Shown here in pieces: positions 11,248-20,469 of a DNA stretch of 64,000 nucleotides (position 1 is its first letter; each line of letters opens with the position of its first letter). The stretch is from an uncultured Parachlamydiaceae bacterium. GTDB taxonomy: Bacteria > Chlamydiota > Chlamydiia > Chlamydiales > Parachlamydiaceae. The notes under the pieces are model-generated. The model ran no database searches. It was not told the origin of the DNA and saw only the letters and a program-made list of their open reading frames with translations. The stretch covers positions 64,001 through 128,000 of the forward strand of contig CAVVXH010000011.1 of NCBI GenBank assembly GCA_963752155.1. Direction: 5' to 3'. A program made the translations under genes and the position numbers.

Positions 11248-12525
11248 TCATACTATCCTTCCGCGAAGACCCATAGGAGTATTCATGATCAATTCGACAT
11301 CAATAAGAGTATTTGATTCAAGGCCTTGACTGGGAACCATGACCATTAAAAAATTTGCTGTATGACCAGAAATAGACTCTGGGTTAGAGGAATCCACTTT
11401 CTCCAACAAGACACGCATCTTACGACCTACATATTGATGATGAAGTTCATAGGATATTTGTTCTGAAAGGCGTAAAACTTCTTGTTTGCGTCTTTTAATT
11501 TCCTCTGCGGGAACCTTATTGGGCATCAAAGCGGCACGAGTACGAGCACGTTCACTGTAAGGAAACATATGAACTTTGGCAAACTTCACTTGTGACATAA
11601 CCTCCAGAGTGTCTGCAAAATCAGCTTCTGTTTCACCTGGGAACCCTACGATTACGTCGGTGGTAAAAGTAAAATCTGGATCTGCTTTTCGCAAACGATC
11701 GACAGTTTCCATAAAGATCTGGCGAGTGTACTTACGGTTCATTCGTTTAAGAATCACATTTGAACCTGATTGCAAAACGATATGCATCGAATGGCACGTG
11801 GTTTTGCCATGTAAAATCGCATCGGCTAAATCCTCTGTGACTTCGTCTGGATCTATTGAAGAAACGCGCAACCTCTCCAAACCATCTACTTGATCGACAG
11901 CGCGCACTAAATCTGCTAAAGTGTCGGGTTTTTCATTGTCTGGCTTATTTCCATCGAAGTCCCCTATGTTTATCCCAGTTAAAACAACTTCTTTATAACC
12001 GTTAGCAATTAAAGTTTTTACTTCAGAAATCACTTCTGCGATTGTTCTAGAACGAGAACGCCCTCGGACATAAGGGATGATGCAATAAGTACAGAATGAA
12101 TTACATCCATCCTGCACCTTAACAAACGCACGAGTATGGGAATCGAAATTTTTAATTTGGAATTCTGGAGTTGATTCGTCAGGAAAAAGCTCAGCGATCA
12201 AATTTTCTTTATTTTTATTGGAAACAACATGTGTGACTCCTGAAATATTGATGAGCTCTTCGGGTTTATTTTCCGCGGCACAACCGGTCACTACGAGCTT
12301 TGTATTGGGATGGCGACGTGCAAGTTGTCGAATTTCATATCTGCTCTGCACGTCAGCCGATTCCGTGACAGTACATGTATTGACAATACAAACATCTGCA
12401 ACTTCTTCATCTCGAGCAAGAGCATACCCCATCTCTTTGAGTTGGTCGCCATAAGCTTGCGATTCATATTGGTTTGTACGACACCCGAGTGTCACGATTT
12501 TATATTTTTTAGACTCTTGCTCCAA
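11248..12525 (-). CDS. mtaB: tRNA t6A37 methylthiotransferase MtaB (radical SAM)
   Basis: TLGCRTNQYES, NTCTVT, CxxxCxxC in DGCNSFCTYCIIP, HMFPYSER, C-terminal TRAM-like domain. Confidence 0.95.
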   Translation of the reverse strand: MEQESKKYKIVTLGCRTNQYESQAYGDQLKEMGYALARDEEVADVCIVNTCTVTESADVQSRYEIRQLARRHPNTKLVVTGCAAENKPEELINISGVTHVVSNKNKENLIAELFPDESTPEFQIKNFDSHTRAFVKVQDGCNSFCTYCIIPYVRGRSRSRTIAEVISEVKTLIANGYKEVVLTGINIGDFDGNKPDNEKPDTLADLVRAVDQVDGLERLRVSSIDPDEVTEDLADAILHGKTTCHSMHIVLQSGSNVILKRMNRKYTRQIFMETVDRLRKADPDFTFTTDVIVGFPGETEADFADTLEVMSQVKFAKVHMFPYSERARTRAALMPNKVPAEEIKRRKQEVLRLSEQISYELHHQYVGRKMRVLLEKVDSSNPESISGHTANFLMVMVPSQGLESNTLIDVELIMNTPMGLRGRIV

Positions 12526-12711
12526 ATATCCATCTCCCTGTGAGGGCTATTGATTACTGATTACGTAGCATCAGCATAGCACATCAGGAAGACAAATACC
12601 ACCTCTTTTATCCAGCAATTGCAGTAAAAACTACAGCAATTTCTGATAAACTTTCGTGCCCCCGTGTGTCGCGTGCGTGCCCGTGACCCTTACTTTCTTT
12701 CCAAACTATAA

Positions 12712-12891
12712 ACGATAAAAATGATAAGAACTATAAAAACGATAAAAACGATAAGAACGATAAGAACGATAAGAATGATATAAACGATAAGAACGATAAA
12801 AACGATAAAAACGATAAGAACGATAAAAACGATAAAAACGATAAAAACGATAAGAATGATAAGAATGATATAAATGATAAAAACGATAAAA
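12712..12891 (+). repeat. Tandem array of 20 x 9-bp units (ACGATAAAA/ACGATAAGA variants)
   Basis: Read directly from the sequence. Confidence 0.95.
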
Positions 12892-13067
12892 ATTTGGGAA
12901 GAGACGTCTCTTTAAATTATCTTGCAAAAGTCTGCCAATATTTTTTCTTTTCAGTTCCTAGTATTTTAAGTATGCTCAAAGGCAAATCAGATAGTTCATC
13001 ATGATAATGTTCATGATGTCAGTACCTTCTTCAATTATTATTGCTTTTATTATTATTATTTTCTTAT

Positions 13068-13187
13068 TTTTATCGTTCTTATCGTTCTTATCGTTTTTAT
13101 CGTCCTTATCGTTTTTTATCGTTTTTATCGTCCTTATCGTTTTTTATCGTTTTTATCGTCCTTATCGTTTTTTATCGTTTTTATCGT
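13068..13187 (-). repeat. Inverted counterpart 9-bp array (TTTTATCGT/CCTTATCGT, about 13 units)
   Basis: Reverse complement of the 12712-12891 unit, with a higher-order ~28-bp period. Confidence 0.93.
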
Positions 13188-13291
13188 TGCAACGTTGATT
13201 ACGTCTACATATCCAACTCACTGAACATTATCATGATGAACTATCTGACACGCACACAGGTACGCACACGGGCACGAAATAATTTTCAAAA

Positions 13292-14968
13292 CTATTTGTG
13301 CAATCTTTTTACAGGAGGCTCCCCTTCTAAGGCATAAGGATTTGCTCTTTTAGTTCCTCTTGAAATACAAGCCGATTCATCCTTTAAAGATATGGTGCTT
13401 ATAATTTCTTTTTTAACTAATTTTCTTACTTTATTTTTCTCATCATAATAATTCTCATTCGTGTACGATTTTAATTTTGGAAATTTATTCTCCTCGAATA
13501 GATCACACCCAATACAAAGATTTTCCAAATTTGTTAAAGGGGACAGAATATCCATATTTGTATTAAACCAACTTATTACTAAGTTTTTAAGAGTTGTTAA
13601 TCTAGATAAACTTTGGTAATTGTTAATTTCAATTTCCATAGAAAGTGTCTGCAAATTTGTCATTGGCAAAAAATACTCAAATATATCTATATCGCCGCGC
13701 ACCTCGAGCCATCCAATCTCTAAAAACTTAAGATTTGTCAATGTACTAAGATGCCTAATCCCTTCTGTGGTAATTTCACCGAATGTACAATCAATAAGCT
13801 CATCAAATTCCCTTAAAGCAAGAAAAACAAGATTTGTTAATCCAGCTAAATGTTGAAACTCCTTATCCTTAATATTATATTCTACAAAGACATCTAACAA
13901 AGTTAATGACGTAAATCCAGTAAAATGAAAAAACTCTGCTCGCAATAGAGGAGCTTCAATTTTAAGACTTTTCAAAGAAGGTAAATTAAAATATTCAAGA
14001 CCAACTTTATAACCTAGCCCACTATCGCTGATTTTATACATATATTCTGTCAATAAAGGAGCAATAATTTTTAAAGATTTAATATTACTGCAATTCTTAC
14101 TAATCAATTCAAAGTCTTCAATGACATCAACATAGTCTAATATTTCTGGCGGGTGTATTTCACCCGAAGAATAATGTTGAGCATTTTCATAAATATCATC
14201 AGGGAATTTATCAGAAGTTCTGAATACTATCTTTTCAAGTTCTTTAAAAGATTTTAACGGTGATTCGGTCCAGTCTAAAGCACTCAAGCCGTTATCAATT
14301 CTAATTTGGTTCACTTTACTTAAACACTGATAAGTCTGTTCAGATAATTCAACTCTATTTAAATTAGGAAGAATATTTATTAAACTATTTTTAGAAAAGT
14401 TTACAACTGGTCCAATCTGATTAAACACACCGATTTTTTTTAATTTAATATGTTCTTGTAAAAACAGTTCGAAAATGGAAATTTTCCTTAAATCAATCAA
14501 AATAGATAAACCAACTTTCCATGCGTCTGGCTCTTCAATGCTCTGAAATACAAGCATTACTTTTTGAAAATCTTCGCGATTATGTTCACAAAGAGAAAAA
14601 GAATAAATAATTTTCTTTCTAAGTTCCAAAGGAAGAGTGCAAAAAAGATAGTCTGTTTTTCGCTGCCGTTCTGATAAGATAAACTTACCAATATTATTAA
14701 TTAATAATGTAATATTACTAAAATGATGTCTATTAGCCTCAAAGATCAAATTTTTTAGTTCTATCTGAAGATGAGAAAATTTTGAATTGAGATGAGGATT
14801 GCAAATAATGTTTAAATCTTGATGCAGAGTGCTAATGACTATGTATGCTCTTTTCCTTAATTCCTTATGTAAATTGATTTTAAATTCTGGAGAAAAAAAT
14901 TCTTGCATTTGTGATTGATTCATATCATATTCAGGATAATTTCCTGAATTCATGCTGCTTGGCTCCAT
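13292..14968 (-). CDS. F-box-like / LRR putative effector, paralogue 4
   Basis: LFCTLPLELRKKIIYSF (F-box-like); LRRs such as LAGLTNLVFLAL and LSTLTNLKFLEI; C-terminal KR-x12-KRLHK. Confidence 0.8.
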   Translation of the reverse strand: MEPSSMNSGNYPEYDMNQSQMQEFFSPEFKINLHKELRKRAYIVISTLHQDLNIICNPHLNSKFSHLQIELKNLIFEANRHHFSNITLLINNIGKFILSERQRKTDYLFCTLPLELRKKIIYSFSLCEHNREDFQKVMLVFQSIEEPDAWKVGLSILIDLRKISIFELFLQEHIKLKKIGVFNQIGPVVNFSKNSLINILPNLNRVELSEQTYQCLSKVNQIRIDNGLSALDWTESPLKSFKELEKIVFRTSDKFPDDIYENAQHYSSGEIHPPEILDYVDVIEDFELISKNCSNIKSLKIIAPLLTEYMYKISDSGLGYKVGLEYFNLPSLKSLKIEAPLLRAEFFHFTGFTSLTLLDVFVEYNIKDKEFQHLAGLTNLVFLALREFDELIDCTFGEITTEGIRHLSTLTNLKFLEIGWLEVRGDIDIFEYFLPMTNLQTLSMEIEINNYQSLSRLTTLKNLVISWFNTNMDILSPLTNLENLCIGCDLFEENKFPKLKSYTNENYYDEKNKVRKLVKKEIISTISLKDESACISRGTKRANPYALEGEPPVKRLHK

Positions 14969-14998
14969 TAACTTAACTCCTATATTTATAAATAAAAA

Positions 14999-16663
14999 TT
15001 ATTTGCGCATTTTTTTTGCAGAAGGCTCCCCTTCTAAGGCATAAGGATTTGCTCTTTTAGTTCCTCTTGAAATACAAGCCGACTCATCTTCTGAGAATAT
15101 GCTGCTTAGAATTTCTTTTTTGGCTAATTTCCTTAGTTTGTCACTCAAATCACAAATATTCGTCGTGTATAATTGTAATTTGGGAAATTTGTTCTCGATT
15201 AAATCATCTTTATTAATATAAATATTTTCCAAATTTGTTAAAGGGTACAAAATATCCATATTTATATAACCTTCGCTGTATAAATATAAATTTTTAAGAG
15301 TTGTTAATTTAGATATATTATTGAAATTATCCATTTCAATTTCCATACACAATGTTTGCAAATTTGTCATTGGCAAAAAACACTCAAATATATCTTCAAC
15401 GGGGATGTAGAGGTATCCAATCTCTAAAAACTTAAGATTTGTCAATGCACTAAGATGCCTAATCCCTTCTTCGGTAATTTTATCGAATGTATATTCATTA
15501 AAATCCCTTAAAGCAAGAAAAGCAAGATTTGTTAATCCAGCTAAATGTTGAAATTCCCCATCTTCAATTTCATCTTCTACAAAGATATCTAACACAGTTA
15601 ATGACGTAAATCCAGTAAAATGAAAAAACTCTGCTCGTAATAGAGGAGCTTCAATCTTAAGACTTTTCAAAGAAGGTAAATTAAAATGTTCAAGACCTAC
15701 TTCATAGCCCTCCTTATTAGAATTGATTTTATAAATATATTCTGTCAATAATGGGGCAATAATTTTTAAGGATTTGATGTTACTGCAATTCTTACTAATC
15801 AGTTCAAAGTCTTTAATGATTTTAATATAGTCTAATATTTCTGGTGGATGTGTGTCATCCAAAGAATAATGTTGAACATTTTGATAAATATCTTTTGAGA
15901 ATTTTTTAGCTGTTCTGATTACTATCTTTTCAAGTTCTTTAAAAGATTTTAATGGTGAATCGGTCCATTCTAAAGCACTCAATAAGTTACCAATTCTAAT
16001 TTTGTTCACTTTGCTTAAAAATTTAAAATTTGATTCAGATAGTTCGATTCTCTTTAAATTAGGAAGAATATTTATTAAAAAATCTTTAGAAAAGCCAACA
16101 ACCGGTTTAATCATATTAAACTTACCGATTTTTTTTAATGCGATATGTTCTTGTAAAAATAGTTCGAAAATGGAAATTTTCCTTAAATCAATCAAAATAG
16201 ATAAACCAACTTTCCATGCGTCTGGCTCTTCAATGCTCTTAAATACAATCATTATTTTTTGAAAATCTTCGCGATTATGTTCACAAAGAGAAAAGGAATA
16301 AATAATTTTCTTTTTAATATCCAAAGGAAGAGTGCAAAAAAGACTGTCTGTTTTTCGCTGCCGTTCTAAGAGGATAAACTTACCAACATTATTAATTAAT
16401 AAGGTAATATCACCAAAATGATAAAAATTAGCCTCAAGGATCAATTTGTTTAATTCTACCTGAAGATAAGAAAATTTTGAATTGAGATGAGGGTTGCAAA
16501 TAATGTTTAAATCTTGACGCAGGGTGTCAATGACCATGTCTGCTCTATTTCTTAATTCCTTATGTAAATTGATTTTATATCCTGGAGAAAAAATTTCTTC
16601 CATTTGCGATTGATTCATATCATATTCAGGATAATTTCCTGAATTAATGCTGCTTGGCTCCAT
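14999..16663 (-). CDS. F-box-like / LRR putative effector, paralogue 3
   Basis: High similarity to its neighbours; C-terminal KR-x12-KKMRK. Confidence 0.8.
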   Translation of the reverse strand: MEPSSINSGNYPEYDMNQSQMEEIFSPGYKINLHKELRNRADMVIDTLRQDLNIICNPHLNSKFSYLQVELNKLILEANFYHFGDITLLINNVGKFILLERQRKTDSLFCTLPLDIKKKIIYSFSLCEHNREDFQKIMIVFKSIEEPDAWKVGLSILIDLRKISIFELFLQEHIALKKIGKFNMIKPVVGFSKDFLINILPNLKRIELSESNFKFLSKVNKIRIGNLLSALEWTDSPLKSFKELEKIVIRTAKKFSKDIYQNVQHYSLDDTHPPEILDYIKIIKDFELISKNCSNIKSLKIIAPLLTEYIYKINSNKEGYEVGLEHFNLPSLKSLKIEAPLLRAEFFHFTGFTSLTVLDIFVEDEIEDGEFQHLAGLTNLAFLALRDFNEYTFDKITEEGIRHLSALTNLKFLEIGYLYIPVEDIFECFLPMTNLQTLCMEIEMDNFNNISKLTTLKNLYLYSEGYINMDILYPLTNLENIYINKDDLIENKFPKLQLYTTNICDLSDKLRKLAKKEILSSIFSEDESACISRGTKRANPYALEGEPSAKKMRK

Positions 16664-16701
16664 TCAATTAACTCCTATATTATAAATAAAAACTATTTGT
16701 G

Positions 16702-18351
16702 CTATCTTTTTACAGTAGGCTCATCTTCTAAGGCATAAGGATTTACTCTTTTAGTTCCTCTTGAAATACAAGCAGATTCATTTTTTAAACATATACTGCT
16801 TAGAATTTCTTTTTTGGCTAACTTCATCACTTCTCCGAAAACATACATATTACTCGTGCAGAATTTTAATTTTGGAAATTTGTTTATTTCAATTAGATCA
16901 CTCTTATTAATACAAAGATTTTCTAAATTTGTTAAAGGATACAAAATATCCATATTTATAGAATGTCTGCTGTATAAAGATAAATTTTTAAGATTTGTTA
17001 ATTTAGATAAATTATTGAAATTTTTCATTTGAATATCCATACGCAGTGTTTGCAAATTTGTCATTGGCAAAAAATACTCAAATACATCTTCAGGTATGAG
17101 GAGCTGTCCAATCTCTAAAAACTTAAGGTTTGTCAATGTACTAAGATGCCTAATCCCTTCTTCGGTAATGTAACCGAATGTAAACTGAGTATACACACCA
17201 AACTCTCTTAAAGCAAGAAAAACAAGATTTGTTAATCCAGCTAAAGATTGAAATTGCTCATCTTGAATATTAGCTTGTACAAAGATATCTAACGAAGTTA
17301 ATGACGTAAATCCAGTAAAAGAAAAAAATTCTTCTCCCATTACAGGAGCTTCAATTTTAAGACTTTTCAATGAAGGTAAATTAAAATATGTAAGACCTAC
17401 TTCATAGCCTTGCATATTAGAGTTGATCTTAAAAACATATTCTGTCAATAATGGGGCAATAATTTTTAAATATTTAATATCACTGCAATTCTCACTAATC
17501 AATTTAAAGTCTTTAATGACATTCCAATAGTTTAATATTTCTGGTGGACATATTTCACCAGAAGAATAATATTGAACATTTTCATAAATAATATCAGAGA
17601 ATTCTTTATTGGTTTTAATTACTATTTTTTCAAGTTCTTTAAAAGATTTTAACGGTGAATCGGTCCATTCTAAGGCACTTAAGCCGTGACCAATTCTAAT
17701 TTGGTTTACATTATTTAAAAATTGAAAATTCGGCTCAGATAGTTCGATTCTCTTTAATTTAGGAAGAATATCTATTAAATCTTCTTTAGGAAAACCAACA
17801 ACTGGTCTAACCTGATTAAACTCACCGAATTTTATTAACTTAATATGTTCGTTTAAAAATAGTTCGAAAATTGAAACTTTCTTTAAATCAAACAACATAG
17901 ATGCACCAACTTTCCACGCATCTTTCTCATTAACCCTATTAAACACAAACATTACTTTTGTTAAAGCTAAATGATTGGATTCAAGAAAAGAAAATGGGTG
18001 AATAATTTTCATTTTAAGTTCAAAAGGAAGAGTGCAAAATAGATTTTCTGTTTTTAGATGTCGTTGTAATAATATAAACTTGAAAACATTATTAACTAAC
18101 AAGCTAATATCAATAAAATGATGTCTCTTAGCCTCGAAGATCAATTTTTTTAGTTCTATCTGAAGATGAGAAAATTTTAAATTGAGATGTGAATTGCAAA
18201 TAATGTTTAAACCTTGACGTAGAGTGTCGATTACTATGCCGGCTCTATTTCTTAGTTCCTCATGTAAATCAGGAGAAAAAATTTCTTCCATTTGCGATTG
18301 ATTCATATCGTATCCAGGATAATTTCCTGAATGAATGCTGCTTGGCTCCAT
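16702..18351 (-). CDS. F-box-like / LRR putative effector, paralogue 2
   Basis: Same architecture; ends EPTVKR* because a TAG replaces the Leu codon. Confidence 0.8.
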   Translation of the reverse strand: MEPSSIHSGNYPGYDMNQSQMEEIFSPDLHEELRNRAGIVIDTLRQGLNIICNSHLNLKFSHLQIELKKLIFEAKRHHFIDISLLVNNVFKFILLQRHLKTENLFCTLPFELKMKIIHPFSFLESNHLALTKVMFVFNRVNEKDAWKVGASMLFDLKKVSIFELFLNEHIKLIKFGEFNQVRPVVGFPKEDLIDILPKLKRIELSEPNFQFLNNVNQIRIGHGLSALEWTDSPLKSFKELEKIVIKTNKEFSDIIYENVQYYSSGEICPPEILNYWNVIKDFKLISENCSDIKYLKIIAPLLTEYVFKINSNMQGYEVGLTYFNLPSLKSLKIEAPVMGEEFFSFTGFTSLTSLDIFVQANIQDEQFQSLAGLTNLVFLALREFGVYTQFTFGYITEEGIRHLSTLTNLKFLEIGQLLIPEDVFEYFLPMTNLQTLRMDIQMKNFNNLSKLTNLKNLSLYSRHSINMDILYPLTNLENLCINKSDLIEINKFPKLKFCTSNMYVFGEVMKLAKKEILSSICLKNESACISRGTKRVNPYALEDEPTVKR

Positions 18352-18355
18352 TAAA

Positions 18356-20104
18356 TTAACCCCTATATTTATAAATAAAAACTATTTGTGCAATCTTTTT
18401 ACAGGAGGCTCCCCTTTCTAAGGCATAAGGATTTGCTCTTTTAATTCCTCTTGAAATACAAGCAGATTCATCTTTTATAGATATATTGCTTAGAATTTCT
18501 TTTTTGGCTAATTTTCTTATTTCCTTTTGCTGACGAGAATAATTATTAGATTTATTCATACATGTTTTTAATTTAGGAAATTTGTTCGTCTCGATTGGAT
18601 CACACCCAATACAAAGATATTCCAAATTTGTTAAAGGAGACAAAATATCCATCGTTGTATCATACCAGGTCATTACTAAGTTTTTAAGAGTTGTTAATTT
18701 AGATAATTTTTTCTGGGAATCTTCATCAATATCCATTTCCATAGAAAGCGTTAGCAAATTTGTCATTGGCAAAAAATACTCAAATATATCTATATCGCAC
18801 ATCTCGAGCCATCCAATCTCTAAATATTTAAGATTTGTCAATGCGCTAAGATGCCTAATCCCTTCTTCGGTAATGTCACCGAATGTAATATCAACATGTT
18901 CTTCAAAATCCCTTAAAGCAAGAAAAACAAGATTTGTTAATCCAGCTAAATGTTGAAATTCCTTATCTTGAATATTATTTTCTACAAAGATATCTAACAA
19001 TGTTAATGACGTAAATCCAGTAAAATGAAAAAACTCTGCTCGTAATAGAGGAGCTTCAATTTTAAGACTTTTCAAAGAAGGTAAATTAAAATGTTCAAGG
19101 CCTACTTTATAGCCTACCCTATTAGTGTTGATTTCATATATATATTCTGTCAATAGAGGAGCAATAATTTTTAAAGATTTAATATTACTGCAATTCTCAC
19201 TAATCAATTCAAAGTCTCTAATAAGCCTACCATAGTTTACTATTTCTGGTGGGCATATACTACCAGAGGAATAATTTTCATCTTTATAAATATCATCAGA
19301 GAATTTTTTAGCTGTTTTGATTACAATCTTTTCTAGTTCTTTAAAAGATTTTAACGGTGATTCGGTCCATTCTAAAGCATTCAAGCCGTTATTAATTCTA
19401 ATTTGATTCACTTTACTTAAACAGTGAAAATTCGGCTCAGATAGTTCGATTCTCTTTAAATTAGGAAGAATATTTATTAAATAATCTTTAGAAAAGCCAA
19501 CAACTGGTCTAATCTCATTAAACACATCGAATTTTATTAAATTAATATGTTCTTTTAAAAATAGTTCAAAAATGGAAATTTTCCTTAAATCAAGTAACAT
19601 AGTGGCACCAACTTTCCATGCATCTGGCTCTTCAATATCCTGAAATACAATCATTATTTTTTGAAAATCTTCGCGATTATGTTCACAAAGAGAAAAAGAA
19701 TAAATAATTTTCTTTTTAATTTCAAAAAGAAGAGAGCAAAAAAGATTGTCTGTTTTTCGCTGCCGTTCTGAGAAGATAAAATTACACACATTATTAATTA
19801 ATAAGGTAATATCACTAAAATGATGACTATTAGCTTCAAAGAGCAATTTTTCTAGTTCTATCTGAAGATCAAAAAATTTTGAATTGAGATGAGGGTTGCA
19901 AATAATGTTTAAATCTTTACGCAGAGTGTCAATGACCATGTCTGCTCTATTTCTTAATTCCTTATATGAATCAGAATTGATTTCATATCCTGGCGAAAAA
20001 ATTTCTTCGATTTGCGATTGATTATCTGGCTCTTCATCTATTTTATCCGGTGTTTTCATTTCATATTCTGGATAATTTCTTAAGTCAAAATTGCTTGGCT
20101 CCAT
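18356..20104 (-). CDS. F-box-like / LRR putative effector, paralogue 1
   Basis: Same architecture; an extra base near 18416 shifts the last codons relative to paralogue 4. Confidence 0.8.
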   Translation of the reverse strand: MEPSNFDLRNYPEYEMKTPDKIDEEPDNQSQIEEIFSPGYEINSDSYKELRNRADMVIDTLRKDLNIICNPHLNSKFFDLQIELEKLLFEANSHHFSDITLLINNVCNFIFSERQRKTDNLFCSLLFEIKKKIIYSFSLCEHNREDFQKIMIVFQDIEEPDAWKVGATMLLDLRKISIFELFLKEHINLIKFDVFNEIRPVVGFSKDYLINILPNLKRIELSEPNFHCLSKVNQIRINNGLNALEWTESPLKSFKELEKIVIKTAKKFSDDIYKDENYSSGSICPPEIVNYGRLIRDFELISENCSNIKSLKIIAPLLTEYIYEINTNRVGYKVGLEHFNLPSLKSLKIEAPLLRAEFFHFTGFTSLTLLDIFVENNIQDKEFQHLAGLTNLVFLALRDFEEHVDITFGDITEEGIRHLSALTNLKYLEIGWLEMCDIDIFEYFLPMTNLLTLSMEMDIDEDSQKKLSKLTTLKNLVMTWYDTTMDILSPLTNLEYLCIGCDPIETNKFPKLKTCMNKSNNYSRQQKEIRKLAKKEILSNISIKDESACISRGIKRANPYALERGASCKKIAQIVFIYKYRG

Positions 20105-20253
20105 TAAGTTTACTCCTACATTTCTTCAAGATATTTTTAAATAAATTTTCAATCATCAAACCATTAGCTACTAGTTTTTAAGTGGATTATAACAGATGTA
20201 ATAAAATAATAAAATGAAAAAATGAAATAAATAAAAAATGAAGAAATAATTTT

Positions 20254-20469
20254 AGGACAAAAAGGACAAAAAGGACGACAAGGACGGCAAGGACGACAAG
20301 GACGGCAAGGACGACAGGACAAGGACAATAATGGTAGGTCCCGTCCCTTATTGCTTTGCCTTGTCGTCCTTGCCGTCCTTGCTGTCCTTGCCGTCCTTGC
20401 TGTCCTTGCTGTCCTTGCTGTCCTTGCTGTCCTTGCTGTCCTTGCTGTCCTTGCTATCCTTGCTATCCT
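20254..20469. repeat. Inverted pair of 9-bp tandem arrays: (AGGAC[AG][AG][AC]A)n and (CCTTGCTGT)n
   Basis: About 8 units at 20254-20330 and about 12 reverse-complement units at 20359-20469, abutting the stop codon of the 20468-21937 gene. Confidence 0.93.

Noticed and set aside
12706..13337. ORFs rich in YRF/FLS repeats (12706-12927, 13001-13198, 13041-13337)
   Set aside because: They are by-products of 9-bp DNA repeats and show no protein-like complexity.
12712..20469. 9-mer arrays as CRISPR arrays
   Set aside because: The units are contiguous, with no unique spacers and no cas genes.
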